The notes beneath the pieces were generated by a model. The model saw only the letters and a list, made by a program, of their open reading frames with translations, was not told the origin of the DNA and did no database searches. A stretch of DNA of 64,000 nucleotides from a plasmid. Where the stretch lies: the sequence record NZ_CP023779.1. One strand, given 5' to 3'. A program made the translations under genes and the position numbers. This document shows, one piece after another, positions 9,489-19,137 of the stretch (within the stretch, counting starts at the first letter, position 1; each line of letters begins with the position of its first letter).

Positions 9489-12400
9489 TTACAGCTCGGG
9501 GCCGTGGTCGTGCTGGCGGTGGCGCTCGGCCTCGGCCTGGGCGGCGGCCTGTTGCTCGGCGGTCGGCCCAGCGCTGCGCGGGCCGGTCGCGGGGGCATGG
9601 GCGGCGCGGATGCGGTGTTCAGCGGCGGCGTCGACCGGGGACAGCGCGGTCCGGCGGTCGCGTTCGGCGAGCGCGGTCTCCAGATCGCGGGCAGCGCGGG
9701 CGGCGCGCTGGGCGGCCCGTTCGCGAATCTCCTCGTCGCGGGCGTCGTCGCGCTCGGCCGCTTCCATCTCGGCCGCCAGGGTGGCCCGGTCGGCGGCGCG
9801 AGCAAGCAGCGCCGCCCACTGCGGTTGCGGCGCCCCGGCGTCGCGGGCGGCGGCGGCCGCGACGCGAGCGGCGGCACGGGCGACCTCCACCGCGTCCTGT
9901 GTGCGCTGCTCGGCCGCAGCCCGCTGCTCGACGAGCTGCTGCGCCTCGCGGCGGGCCCCGGGACGGAGCGCGGAAATTCCAGCCAATGTTTGCCGGGCGT
10001 CGCGGGTCGCGGCACTGGCTTGCGCGGCCGCATCGGCGGCCTGGTCCGCGACGGACTCGGCGGCCTGGGCGGCTTCGATCGCTTCGACCTGCTCGGCAAG
10101 CCGGGCGTGATCCGCGCGTACTTGCTCGACGCGCGATTGCGCGGCGTGGAAGCCCTGCCATGCGGTCGGATCGTCGCGCCGGCTCGCGGTGCGCCGCAGG
10201 GTCCGAATCAGCAAGTCGAGCTCGGTGTCGCTGCGCATCCGGATCGGCTCGGCCTGCATCTGCTCGAGCATCAGCTGTTCGCGGGCGGCGGCCGGGTCCG
10301 CCGGGGCTTCGTCGACGGCCGGGGCCGCGTCCTGGTCGGCTTCGGCCTCGACGGCCTGCTCGGCTTCCTCCACCGGGCTGCGGGGTGACTCGGGTCCGAT
10401 CTCCGGCTCGCCCTCGTCGGCAACGGTGGTGCCCGCGGCGGCCCGGGCGGCGGCCGCCTCCTGATAGCGGTTTTCCAGCTCCCACACGGCTTGGCTGTGG
10501 GAGACACCGGTATCGGCCTGGAGTTCGTTGGCGGCCTGGTGAGTGGCGTGGAACGACAGCATTTCCAGGCGTTGCGCCTCGGCGCGGGCCGCGTTGAGCT
10601 CGGCGTGAACCAAATCGTCGGCCACTCCGCGCCAGGTGTGCACCTCGTCCTCGGTGGGGACGGGCTCCCCACCGGCGGCCGCATCGAGCGCCTCCTGGGC
10701 GGCCTGGATCTGCTCGCGCAGCTCGTCGGCGTAGGCGCGGGCGGCGGCGGCGTCCTGTTTGGTCCGGGCGATTTCTGCGGCGACGGCTCCGGCGGCGGCT
10801 TCGGCCGCCGCTGTCCGGTACAGCTCGAGTTGTTCGGCCAGACGCGCACGCAATGCCGGGTCGTCATCGAGTGCGTCGATCTGTTCCTCGACCGATGCGA
10901 TGAATTCTTCGTCGGCGGCCTCGGGGTGCGCGTGCAGCGCGGTTTGGTAGGCGTCTTCGGCGGTGATGGCGTCGAATTCGGCTTCTTCCCATTGCTGTTG
11001 AACATCGCGCACCGCGAGTACCAGCGGCCGCAGGGCGTCCATGCGCAACCGCATTTCCGCGATCTTGGGTTCGATCGCGAGTTGATGCGGATGCGTCCGC
11101 CACATGGCTTGCTCGAACAATCGCCCGACCCGTTCCCGGGCGGCGGTCAGTTCGGCGTGGATCCGCATTGCCCGCTCGGTTCGCGACAATTCGGGATACG
11201 GCAATTCGATCGGCCGCGCGCCCGCGGCCGTGAATTCCGCCCATTCGTCCTCCGGCTCCGGCTCCTCGGCAGCACGGTCGGTGTCGAATCCGGTTTCCGG
11301 TGCGGCGGCATGGAATTCGGGTTCGAATTCCCTCTCGAGGTCGTCGTCGGCCTCCTCGCCGCGTTCGGTGACCGCAGCGGTCTGCGCCGCGCGGGCGCGC
11401 CAGTCGGCTGCGTCGTCGGGCAGCTCGAGCAGCAGTCGGCGCAGCTCATCGGCGTAGTCGGCCATCGCCATGTCCATGCCGGGGAATTCCGGCGGGATCG
11501 GGCGCAGGCCGCGCGGTGGCGCCAGGTCGTCCAGGGCCCGCCAGCGGGCCGGGCGGGGCTGGGCGGCGAGCACGTCGGTGCCCGTGTTCACCGCGACCGT
11601 GAGATCGGTCAGTTCCGCGGCGTGGCCCTGGTCGTCGTAGCCGAGGGTGACCAGGCTCGCGGTGGCGGTGGGGGCGACGCTGGTGATCGCGTGCTCGGCG
11701 ATCCATCGGTCGGCGCGGGCCCGCAGGACGGCGGCCGCGTCCCGCGCGGTGATCAGCGTCCGGCCGTGGTCGGTGCCGTCGATGAGCGAGCCCATCAGCG
11801 CGTTGGTGTCGAGTCCGTGCGCATCCGCGAGCGCGATGGTGTCGAGCAGAGCCGGGTATCCGCGGCCGCGCTCGATCTGGCGGACCAGCGCGATGGGGAA
11901 CGCCCGGTCGAGCAGCCAGCGGCCGCGCTCGTGGCCGAGCTCGCGGACGTAGTACTCGTAGTCGCGCTGGATCTTCGCGCGACGCTCGACGGGGTTCGCG
12001 GCCTCGGCGTAGCTGTCGAGCACCGCCTCCTTCTCCTCGGCGGTGACCGGGACCGTGGGCCGGTTGTCGGCCAGACGTTCGGCGCCGGTCCCGAGCAGTC
12101 GGGCGCGCAGGCCCTCGGCGAATTCGGCGAGTTCGAGGTCCATGCCGGGGTAGCGGCTGGGCACCGGCGGCACGGCCGGGAGTTCGGCGTCGCGCAGCGC
12201 AACGAACCGGCCCGCGCGCCGCGTCGTCGACAGCACTTCCTCGCCGCTCAACGCGGCTGTTGCCGTGGTGAGCGCATCGGTGTCGCTGGTGGGGGAGTAG
12301 GCCAGCGTCTCGACCGCGGCGGCGGCCGCCGGCGGGACCGTGGTCGATTGCACGTAGTCGCCGATGAGGTGGTCGGCGCGGGCACGGAGGACGGCGGCCG

Positions 12401-15400
12401 CGTCGCGGGCGTTGATCAGGCTGTCGCCGAGGTCTTCGCCGCCATGGGTCGCGATGTCGGCGACCAGGGCGGCGCTGTCCATGCCGAGTGCGTCGGCGAC
12501 GGTGATCGTGTCGAGCAGCTCCTCGTAGCGTTCGGAGCGGCGCGCCTCGGTGTACAGCACGACCGGGAGGGACCGGTCGAGCAGGTACTCGGCGCGGGCC
12601 CGGCCGAGCAGCTCGGTGGCGTAGTCGTACATTTCCCGGGTGCGGGCCGGGTCGCTGATGCGGGCCTGTTCGGCGCGCATCACCTCGGTCGCGGTGAGGT
12701 TGTCGTCCTCGCGGGCCAAGACCCGCATGAACACGTCATGCTCGGCGGCCGGTTCGTCCGGTGCATGGTCGAGCGCCGGATCCGGAAGCGCATCGGTGGC
12801 CACGTAGATGCCGTTGAACTCCTGCCCGCGGCTGAGTCCCACGTAGGCCAGCGCCCGGCCGAGGGTCGCGTTCATCAACAGATGAGCACGCTTGACGGTC
12901 ATGCCCTGGGCGCGGTGCACCGTGCTGGCGTAGCCGAGCTCGGTGTGGTCGCGCACGTACCGGGCCGGGAGGGTGACCCGGCCCCGGTGGGTGGTGCCGA
13001 CCACCGTGAGCGAGCCGTCCTGGTGGACGGCGTTCACGCGCCACAGATCACCGTTATCGACCGGGGTCCGGGCGCGGGAGCCGCCGGTGATCCGCAAGCG
13101 GTGATTGTTCTTGCGGGTGACGAGAATGTCGCCGATGTAGCCCTTGTGCCCGTCCGCGAGCCCCGCGTGCGGGCCGTCGCTTTTGACCGTGCCGCGCAAG
13201 GCGTGCGCGGCCTGGGCGGCACCGTTGAGCGCGTACACGTCGGCGACGGTGGCCGCCATCATCAGGCTGGACTTGCCTGCGGCGGTGTCGGCGAGATGCG
13301 CGGCGAGGATCTTTTCGCGCAGCTCGTCGACCATGCCGGAGGTGACGCGGTCGTTGTTCTTGTAGAACTCCCATGCCCGCTCGGCGTCGCCGCTGCGCAC
13401 ATCCAGAGTGGCAGCGGCCTCCTCGGGGTTGGCGAACCGCACGACTTCGGTGAGTTCGGGTGCCTTGGTGTCGGCGGCGAGCAGGCGCAGCGCGCCCCCG
13501 GATTCCACGGCCGACAGCTGGGCGGGATCGCCGATCCAGCGCACAACCGCACCATGCTCGTCCGCGATGCGCTGAAGCTCATCGAGGTTGTGCGTCGACG
13601 CCATCCCGGCCTCGTCGACCAGGATCATGGTCCCTCGTGCGAGCCCCACATCGACACCGCTGCGAGCACGAGTGATGAGGCTGTCGATGGTGCGTGCGGG
13701 CACCCCGATCTCCTCGCCCAGCACGCGGGCCGCACTCATCTGCTGGCTGAGTGCGACCACGGTGCGGCCGTCGTTCTGCCAGGCTCGCACCACGGCTCGC
13801 AAGGCCGTCGTCTTGCCGGTGCCAGCAGGGCCAACGGCCACTGCGAGCCTCGCACCGGAGGTGCAGAAGTGCTCCACGATGCGACGCTGACCGGCCTTCA
13901 GCCGGCGCGGCTTGCCGCGTCGCCTTCCGAGGGTGCGGCCTCGGCTCTCCTCCTCGACCTGCGCGATGGCCTTCGCCACTGCGGACCTGGTGAGGAATTC
14001 AGCGGTGGGATCCTGCGCGGCGGTCTGCAACCGCTCCTCCGCGGCGAGCACGGCTTCGCTGCTGTACCGCACCGAGGTCGATGCGGGGGCGTTGAACACG
14101 CTCTCGCCGTTGCGTCGTGCGAGGGCCTGCGGCACGACATCCGGGTCGACGGTGAGCAGCACGCTGTGCTGGTCTCGCACCGCCGAAACGATCTGTTCGA
14201 CGGCGGCGCGATGGTCGTCGTCGGTGGCGAAATCGCAGACCGCGAGCCGATCCTCGACGGCGGCACGAATGTGAGTTTCGGCCCAGGTCGCACGGCGGCG
14301 GGAGACCTTCTCGGTCACTTCCTCCGCGATGCGCTGCGGGTCGTACTCGGTCCGCTCCCGGGCGGCAATCGCCTCCGTGAGCTCGTCGAGCAGATGGTCT
14401 TCATGCCCCGGTGACAGTAGGGTTCGCACCTCGTCAGCGGCGGCGGCACGGGTGGTCTGGGGGCCGAAGGTGCAGCCATCGAGCGCCCGCTCGATGGCCC
14501 CGGTCAGCTCGGATTCGTCTGCGGCGAGCACGGCGGCTTTGCCACCCAGCTCGAGACCGACCTCGGTCGCGATCCGCGCAGCCTCGTATGGCCGGGCCGC
14601 ATCGGGATTGTGACTCAGATACAGGATGTCGTCGACGAACTGTTCGGCGGTGCGGCCGTCGCCGAGGAACTGGCGGGCACGTTCGTCCCATTCGCCGATC
14701 ATTTCCCGCAGCGTCTTGGGGAGCGGCTTGTCCTCACGGGTGTCGAGCGTGGCTTGCTGAGCAAGTTTGATCTGCGTGGCCTTGCTCGGATCGCGGCCGT
14801 GCGTCTCCCGGTACTGCTTCACCAGTTCCTCGGTGCGGGCCATGATGTCGGCTCGCCGACTGAAGTGCTTGATCATCTCGTCGCTGACGCCGACGACCTC
14901 GAGCACCGGTTCCTTGCCGCGTCCTTTGGTTCGCTCCTCGAACCGCAGCCCGAGCTTGCGCTTGAGTTTTCCGGTCAGTGCCGCGTTGTACTGGCACGAC
15001 AGCGAGACGGTGGCCTGGATCAGTGCGTCGGCGCGCAGCGAGCTCCATTTCCCGTCGCTGCCGAGCACCCGTGATGAGACGACAACGTGCGTGTGGGGGT
15101 TCATGTCGCCGGTGCGATTGTCGTAGTGCTGGTACTGCGCGAACGTCAATCCTTCGGCGTCGATCAGGCGTGTTCCACCGCGTCCGCGGCGGGCCAGCGC
15201 GTAGTTGTCTTCCATGCGGGTCAGCACGTCCCGCATGGCCTCCTCGTGGCATTCCCAGATAGCGCGACGCAGCTCGTCATCACCCAATCCCCACAGAATC
15301 GACACCGATTTCTGCGGGGTGAACACACAGTCCCAGCCCACGACGGCCTGCCGGGCCTTGCGCTTCTCATCGTTCAGCGCTTTCGCGATCTCGTCGCGCG

Positions 15401-15884
15401 ATGGCTTGCGGCCGAGTTCGTTGGCGAGGTGTTCACGGCCGGCATCGGTGCGCAGCTCCAGCCACTCGTCCCGCGTGGGGGAGCGCTTCTCGGCGGTGAC
15501 GAACTCCGCCTTGCGGCGCTCGTAGATGCTCTGAATCTCGGTAACGCCGCCCTTGAAGGCGTAGAGACCGGATCCGAGTTTGGCCTCCTTCATCGCCGCC
15601 TCGGCGCTGGCGCCGTTCTCGATGGCGTCGGCAATGATCTTGTCGGCGTCCGGGTGCAGGCCCTCGCCGTACAGGGCACGCATCTGCCCTTCGGTTACGG
15701 CGCCGGATACGCCCATGAGTTCGGCACCCCGGCCCGCCCACCGGCCGGGCGGGGTGCCGTGCTCGTTGTAGTAGTCGGTGAGACCCTGGCCGCGCGCACG
15801 TTCGCGGTCGGCGGTGGCTACTTGACGTGTCAGATACTCGTAGCCATCCCCGCCGTGCAGCGCGTGGATGGTCATCACGATCAT
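9489..15884 (-). CDS. MobF-family conjugative relaxase-helicase (TrwC/TraI-like) with very long C-terminal coiled-coil extension
   Basis: N-terminal relaxase motifs: 'GYEYLTRQVA...DYYNEHGTPPGRWAGRGAELMGVSG', 'VFTPQKSVSILW', 'HTHVVVSSRV'. RecD-like helicase: 'GPAGTGKTT', 'ILVDEAGM', 'TVHRAQGMTV'. About 2130 aa. Start ambiguous (15905, 15884 or 15875). Confidence 0.9.
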   Translation of the reverse strand: MIVMTIHALHGGDGYEYLTRQVATADRERARGQGLTDYYNEHGTPPGRWAGRGAELMGVSGAVTEGQMRALYGEGLHPDADKIIADAIENGASAEAAMKEAKLGSGLYAFKGGVTEIQSIYERRKAEFVTAEKRSPTRDEWLELRTDAGREHLANELGRKPSRDEIAKALNDEKRKARQAVVGWDCVFTPQKSVSILWGLGDDELRRAIWECHEEAMRDVLTRMEDNYALARRGRGGTRLIDAEGLTFAQYQHYDNRTGDMNPHTHVVVSSRVLGSDGKWSSLRADALIQATVSLSCQYNAALTGKLKRKLGLRFEERTKGRGKEPVLEVVGVSDEMIKHFSRRADIMARTEELVKQYRETHGRDPSKATQIKLAQQATLDTREDKPLPKTLREMIGEWDERARQFLGDGRTAEQFVDDILYLSHNPDAARPYEAARIATEVGLELGGKAAVLAADESELTGAIERALDGCTFGPQTTRAAAADEVRTLLSPGHEDHLLDELTEAIAARERTEYDPQRIAEEVTEKVSRRRATWAETHIRAAVEDRLAVCDFATDDDHRAAVEQIVSAVRDQHSVLLTVDPDVVPQALARRNGESVFNAPASTSVRYSSEAVLAAEERLQTAAQDPTAEFLTRSAVAKAIAQVEEESRGRTLGRRRGKPRRLKAGQRRIVEHFCTSGARLAVAVGPAGTGKTTALRAVVRAWQNDGRTVVALSQQMSAARVLGEEIGVPARTIDSLITRARSGVDVGLARGTMILVDEAGMASTHNLDELQRIADEHGAVVRWIGDPAQLSAVESGGALRLLAADTKAPELTEVVRFANPEEAAATLDVRSGDAERAWEFYKNNDRVTSGMVDELREKILAAHLADTAAGKSSLMMAATVADVYALNGAAQAAHALRGTVKSDGPHAGLADGHKGYIGDILVTRKNNHRLRITGGSRARTPVDNGDLWRVNAVHQDGSLTVVGTTHRGRVTLPARYVRDHTELGYASTVHRAQGMTVKRAHLLMNATLGRALAYVGLSRGQEFNGIYVATDALPDPALDHAPDEPAAEHDVFMRVLAREDDNLTATEVMRAEQARISDPARTREMYDYATELLGRARAEYLLDRSLPVVLYTEARRSERYEELLDTITVADALGMDSAALVADIATHGGEDLGDSLINARDAAAVLRARADHLIGDYVQSTTVPPAAAAAVETLAYSPTSDTDALTTATAALSGEEVLSTTRRAGRFVALRDAELPAVPPVPSRYPGMDLELAEFAEGLRARLLGTGAERLADNRPTVPVTAEEKEAVLDSYAEAANPVERRAKIQRDYEYYVRELGHERGRWLLDRAFPIALVRQIERGRGYPALLDTIALADAHGLDTNALMGSLIDGTDHGRTLITARDAAAVLRARADRWIAEHAITSVAPTATASLVTLGYDDQGHAAELTDLTVAVNTGTDVLAAQPRPARWRALDDLAPPRGLRPIPPEFPGMDMAMADYADELRRLLLELPDDAADWRARAAQTAAVTERGEEADDDLEREFEPEFHAAAPETGFDTDRAAEEPEPEDEWAEFTAAGARPIELPYPELSRTERAMRIHAELTAARERVGRLFEQAMWRTHPHQLAIEPKIAEMRLRMDALRPLVLAVRDVQQQWEEAEFDAITAEDAYQTALHAHPEAADEEFIASVEEQIDALDDDPALRARLAEQLELYRTAAAEAAAGAVAAEIARTKQDAAAARAYADELREQIQAAQEALDAAAGGEPVPTEDEVHTWRGVADDLVHAELNAARAEAQRLEMLSFHATHQAANELQADTGVSHSQAVWELENRYQEAAAARAAAGTTVADEGEPEIGPESPRSPVEEAEQAVEAEADQDAAPAVDEAPADPAAAREQLMLEQMQAEPIRMRSDTELDLLIRTLRRTASRRDDPTAWQGFHAAQSRVEQVRADHARLAEQVEAIEAAQAAESVADQAADAAAQASAATRDARQTLAGISALRPGARREAQQLVEQRAAAEQRTQDAVEVARAAARVAAAAARDAGAPQPQWAALLARAADRATLAAEMEAAERDDARDEEIRERAAQRAARAARDLETALAERDRRTALSPVDAAAEHRIRAAHAPATGPRSAGPTAEQQAAAQAEAERHRQHDHGPEL
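11400..12740. repeat. intragenic tandem duplication (~670 bp x2) in the relaxase C-terminal region
   Basis: 'RDAAAVLRARAD' coding segments at ~11706 and ~12375. Flanking protein repeats '...LLDRSLPVVLYTEARRSERYEELLDTITVADALGMDSAALV...' and '...LLDRAFPIALVRQIERGRGYPALLDTIALADAHGLDTNALM...'. Confidence 0.6.
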
Positions 15885-16183
15885 CAACGATAGCCGCAAT
15901 TTCAAAGTTAGGTCACCCTAAGATTCACAATGGTGGAAGAGGTGTGTCCTCGGATTGGTGCTCTGGGGTGGTTCTTCGGTGAGCTCTCGCTGGTTTGAGG
16001 ATTGATGGGTTACGCGGACATGAGAACTGCTCGGATCGCTTCACGCTCGCAATAGGGGCTTGCATGATCGGTTACCGTGGATGCATTGCCCGCTTGTCGG
16101 ACGGGGTGATCCGCCCGGCTGGGACCGCCGTCGACCGCCCGGCGGGCGTTGGGAACCGCTAGGTGAGCGAGAGGACTTGAGAG
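15885..16183. promoter_or_regulatory. divergent intergenic region upstream of the relaxase; candidate oriT / promoters
   Basis: MobF oriT sites usually sit next to the relaxase gene. Region has lower GC. Contains 14-mer GGGAACCGCTAGGT (16151-16164), also found at 47728. Confidence 0.3.
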
Positions 16184-16699
16184 ATGGCAGACAAGAAGCC
16201 GGTGGCCGGTGCGGTGGGTGCGCGGAAACTCGCTCGCGAGAAGATGGCCGCCGCGATGGAGGCCCGTCGCAAACGCGAGGAGGCGAACACCAAGGATCTC
16301 GAAGCGTTCTATGTCCTGCTGAGCAAGGTTGACGCGGCGGCGTCCAAGCGGGACGCGGCCATTGCAGCGGCGAACGCTGCCTACGCTGCTGCCGAGACGG
16401 CCTTGCTCGATGAACAGGGCGCGGCGCTGCGCAGCATCCGTGACCGCAACACTCCGCAAGCTGAGCTGCTGGAAATGACCGGGCTTTCGCCCGGCGAGCT
16501 TCAGAAGTTGCTCAAGCGCTCCGCTCCGGCGGCCAAGTCGGCTCCGGCGGCCCCTGCGGCCGAGGCGGCCTCGTCGAACGTCACGCCGATTGGTGGCCGC
16601 GCGGCCGAGGCGACTCCGGCGGCGGCCGAGGTGAGTTCCGATGCCGGGGCCACGGAGCGGGAAGCGCTAGGCGAGTCGTCGCCGGTGTCGGCGTCGTAG
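16184..16699 (+). CDS. hypothetical protein, basic helical N-terminus then Ala-rich tail (possible relaxosome accessory protein)
   Basis: RBS 'GAGAGGA' upstream of the ATG. Divergent from the relaxase. Confidence 0.5.
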   Translation: MADKKPVAGAVGARKLAREKMAAAMEARRKREEANTKDLEAFYVLLSKVDAAASKRDAAIAAANAAYAAAETALLDEQGAALRSIRDRNTPQAELLEMTGLSPGELQKLLKRSAPAAKSAPAAPAAEAASSNVTPIGGRAAEATPAAAEVSSDAGATEREALGESSPVSAS

Positions 16700-16703
16700 C
16701 CCA

Positions 16704-17294
16704 ATGGCGCGGGACTCGGGGCCGGGAAGACTGCCCCGCAATGCGCCTCAACGGCTCGAGGTCGGGGACGTAGCCGAGATCGGGCGGTTCGAGGCCAAGG
16801 TGGTCCGCGGGCCCGGGCCCGATGACTGCTGGATATGGACCGGAGCAATCGGTGACGACGGGTATGGACGTTTCGCGATCCGGCGGGATGTTCGTGGCCG
16901 GTTTCCCCGGCGGCCCGAGGATGGTCGCGAGGTGATGGTGCGGCCTCCCCGTTATGCGGTGGCGTTGTACGTCGGGACCGTTCCGGCGGGGCTCTACGCC
17001 TTGCATGACCGATGCGACAACCCGATATGTGTCCGGGCCGCTGAGGTAGACGGTCGCCGGCCTCACGTGGTCCTCGGGACTCAGCAAGAGAATCTGACGA
17101 CCATGGGCGCTCGCGGCCGCTCGTACGGCGGTCGGCCGATATGGCAGCACGACGGGCTGACCCGTGCGCAACGAGTCGCCCGGTCGCGGGCCCTGCGGTT
17201 GGCGGTGCGCGGTGGGTGGGATGCCGAGGCCGTGCGCCGCGCGATGCTGATCGGCTCGCAACCGGCGCTGTTCGATCCGGTCGAGGATTCGTGA
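16704..17294 (+). CDS. HNH endonuclease (HNH_3/AP2-type)
   Basis: 'CWIWTGAIGDDGYGRF' and 'ALHDRCDNPICVRAAE...' are HNH_3 hallmarks. Confidence 0.7.
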   Translation: MARDSGPGRLPRNAPQRLEVGDVAEIGRFEAKVVRGPGPDDCWIWTGAIGDDGYGRFAIRRDVRGRFPRRPEDGREVMVRPPRYAVALYVGTVPAGLYALHDRCDNPICVRAAEVDGRRPHVVLGTQQENLTTMGARGRSYGGRPIWQHDGLTRAQRVARSRALRLAVRGGWDAEAVRRAMLIGSQPALFDPVEDS

Positions 17295-17389
17295 GCGGCG
17301 TCTGTCGGCAACCGCTAGGCCGCTGGATACAACTGATGTGATGATTTATCACGCCTGTGCGCGTGCACCGAGACGGGAAGGGGGCGGTC

Positions 17390-17722
17390 GTGCTGATGGT
17401 CGTTGGTGTGCTCGCGCTGGGTGCGTCGCTGCTCGGTGCGGCGGTGCTGCTGGCGCTGATTCTGTGGAAGTGGGGGGCCGGGCTCGCGCGGGTGCTGGGT
17501 CTGTTCCTGATTCTGAGCAATCTCTATCGGCTGATGTTGGCCGTGTTCGTGCCGTGGGTGCTGGGCTCCGCGGCGCTGTGGCTGGCGGTCGGTGTCCTGC
17601 TCTGGTTGTTCGGGCACTGGGTGCACATCGTGCGTTATCGTCGGGCCCGTTCGCCCCTCGCACAGCGCGTTTTCGCCCTGCCGGGCCTGCGCGCCCTGGT
17701 GCCGTCTGCGGCCCGGCCTTAG
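17390..17722 (+). CDS. small integral membrane protein (3 predicted TM helices)
   Basis: GTG start after 'GAAGGGG'. Hydrophobic 'VLMVVGVLALGASLLGAAVLLALILW...'. Confidence 0.4.
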   Translation: MLMVVGVLALGASLLGAAVLLALILWKWGAGLARVLGLFLILSNLYRLMLAVFVPWVLGSAALWLAVGVLLWLFGHWVHIVRYRRARSPLAQRVFALPGLRALVPSAARP

Positions 17723-17919
17723 CGCCTCGCACCGGCCGGGCGCAGGGTGGCGTCGCCTTCGTGTGCATTCCTCGCATCGCGGGCGACTCGGATAGTGCGA
17801 GATGGGCTCGCACTCTGGTTCGCACTGTCCCGCACTGGTCGCCGGTGCGAGGTCCGGAGTGATGGTGCGAGAGTGCGGCGGCAAGCGCTAGCCGGGACAG
17901 CCCGCATCGCGCTTTCGCG

Positions 17920-18165
17920 TCATGGGCATTGGCACGCTCCGTCTCGTAGCCAGCCGCATTCGGGGCACGGCGTGTCGAGCGTGAGCGGCTCGCCGGATGC
18001 GAGCCATTGATCGGTTGTGCGCCTCGGGGTTTTGACTTTCGGCGGTGTCGGGGCGTCCACCGCGATGATTCGTTGAGTGTCGCCTCGCCGGTGTGCGGCG
18101 GCGGCGAGATGGTCGAGCGCGGTGATAGGCGTCGGAATCGACGGCGGGTGCTCGGTCGCGGACAT
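17920..18165 (-). CDS. small Cys-containing (zinc-ribbon-like) protein
   Basis: GAGGAG RBS 7 nt upstream of the ATG. C-terminal 'CPECGWLRDGACQCP'. Confidence 0.35.
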   Translation of the reverse strand: MSATEHPPSIPTPITALDHLAAAAHRRGDTQRIIAVDAPTPPKVKTPRRTTDQWLASGEPLTLDTPCPECGWLRDGACQCP

Positions 18166-18324
18166 GTTGGGGGCTCCTCGGTGCGGCGGTGGGTGAGTTG
18201 CCCCGGGGCGGTCGTGCGCCGGGCCGGGCCGTCCACCCCGATAGAGCGGAGCGTGGGTGGACGGTGCGGCGCGGCGGGCGGCAGGGTGCGCGGGTGGCTC
18301 GGCTGCCGCTGTAGCGAGGTCGTG

Positions 18325-18672
18325 CTACCGGCTGACGGGCTCGACGTAGAGCACGTGGGTGGCACCATCGTGCCCGTGGATGTCGATCAGGTCCGGCACT
18401 GAGTCGAAATCGGTTGTCGAACTGGGCTTGCCGGGGACACACCATCGGATCGTGGCCCGGCCGTCCGGCCACTCGACGCCGTTGGCCACGATTCCGACGC
18501 CGGAGTACCCGGTGAGATCTTTGGTGCGATACAGGACGAATACCCGTACGTCGGTGGTGATGACGGTCGGCGTCTCCGCGCGCGGGTCGGCGATGGTGCG
18601 GCGGGAGTGGCCGGTTTTCGCTGTCGCCGTGGTCGGCTCGCCGGGCCTGTACGCGGTGGCGTTATCCGGCAC
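18325..18672 (-). CDS. hypothetical protein
   Basis: GTG start with AGGAGG 6 nt upstream. GTGA overlap with the upstream gene's stop. Confidence 0.5.
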   Translation of the reverse strand: MPDNATAYRPGEPTTATAKTGHSRRTIADPRAETPTVITTDVRVFVLYRTKDLTGYSGVGIVANGVEWPDGRATIRWCVPGKPSSTTDFDSVPDLIDIHGHDGATHVLYVEPVSR

Positions 18673-19105
18673 GGCGGGCCTCCTGGGCCGGGGCGGGCGG
18701 CAGCACGATGAGGTCATCGGCGCGTACGTCGCGCGGCACCGGGACACCCCACGGGTTGTCTTCGATGTCGACCTCGTACCAGGGTCCGGCGCGCTCAATG
18801 TCGACGCCGAGCGGGTGCACCTCGTTTCGCACGGTGCCGTGCAGGATGCCGAGCGGCTCGCCGTAGCTGGTGAATGCGGCATTGAGCCAGAGCACGCGGT
18901 CGCCGGGCTTGAGCGGATCGCACGGTTCGCCGGGCGCCACAGGCGCGGCCTGTAGCAGGGCCGTAGCAGCCTCTAGGGCGCGATTCCAGCGTTCGCCGGC
19001 CTCGGCTTCCCCCTCAGCTGTGGGCCCGTCTACGGCGCGTGTGTAGGCGGCGGCGGCCGCCGCGAGCTCGGCGGCGACGAGATGACGGTTTGCGGGGCTG
19101 GTCAT
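18662..19105 (-). CDS. hypothetical protein
   Basis: ATG (MTSPANRHLVAAELAA...) with AGGAG RBS. 147 aa. Confidence 0.5.
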   Translation of the reverse strand: MTSPANRHLVAAELAAAAAAYTRAVDGPTAEGEAEAGERWNRALEAATALLQAAPVAPGEPCDPLKPGDRVLWLNAAFTSYGEPLGILHGTVRNEVHPLGVDIERAGPWYEVDIEDNPWGVPVPRDVRADDLIVLPPAPAQEARRAG

Positions 19106-19137
19106 GGCGGGGCTCCTGGGGCTCGGGGTCGGGCGGG

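Noticed and set aside
9157-10485. Several 250-375-aa plus- and minus-strand ORFs (9157..10110, 9459..10388, 9470..10597, 9619..10485)
   Set aside because: They overlap the relaxase C-terminal coding region in alternative frames. Arg/Pro/Gly-rich composition points to GC-bias artefacts.
10491-14414. 1307-aa plus-strand ORF
   Set aside because: It is antisense to the relaxase gene. The product is Gly/Arg/Val-rich low-complexity sequence typical of open antisense frames in high-GC DNA. There is no RBS, and the relaxase motifs on the minus strand are unambiguous.
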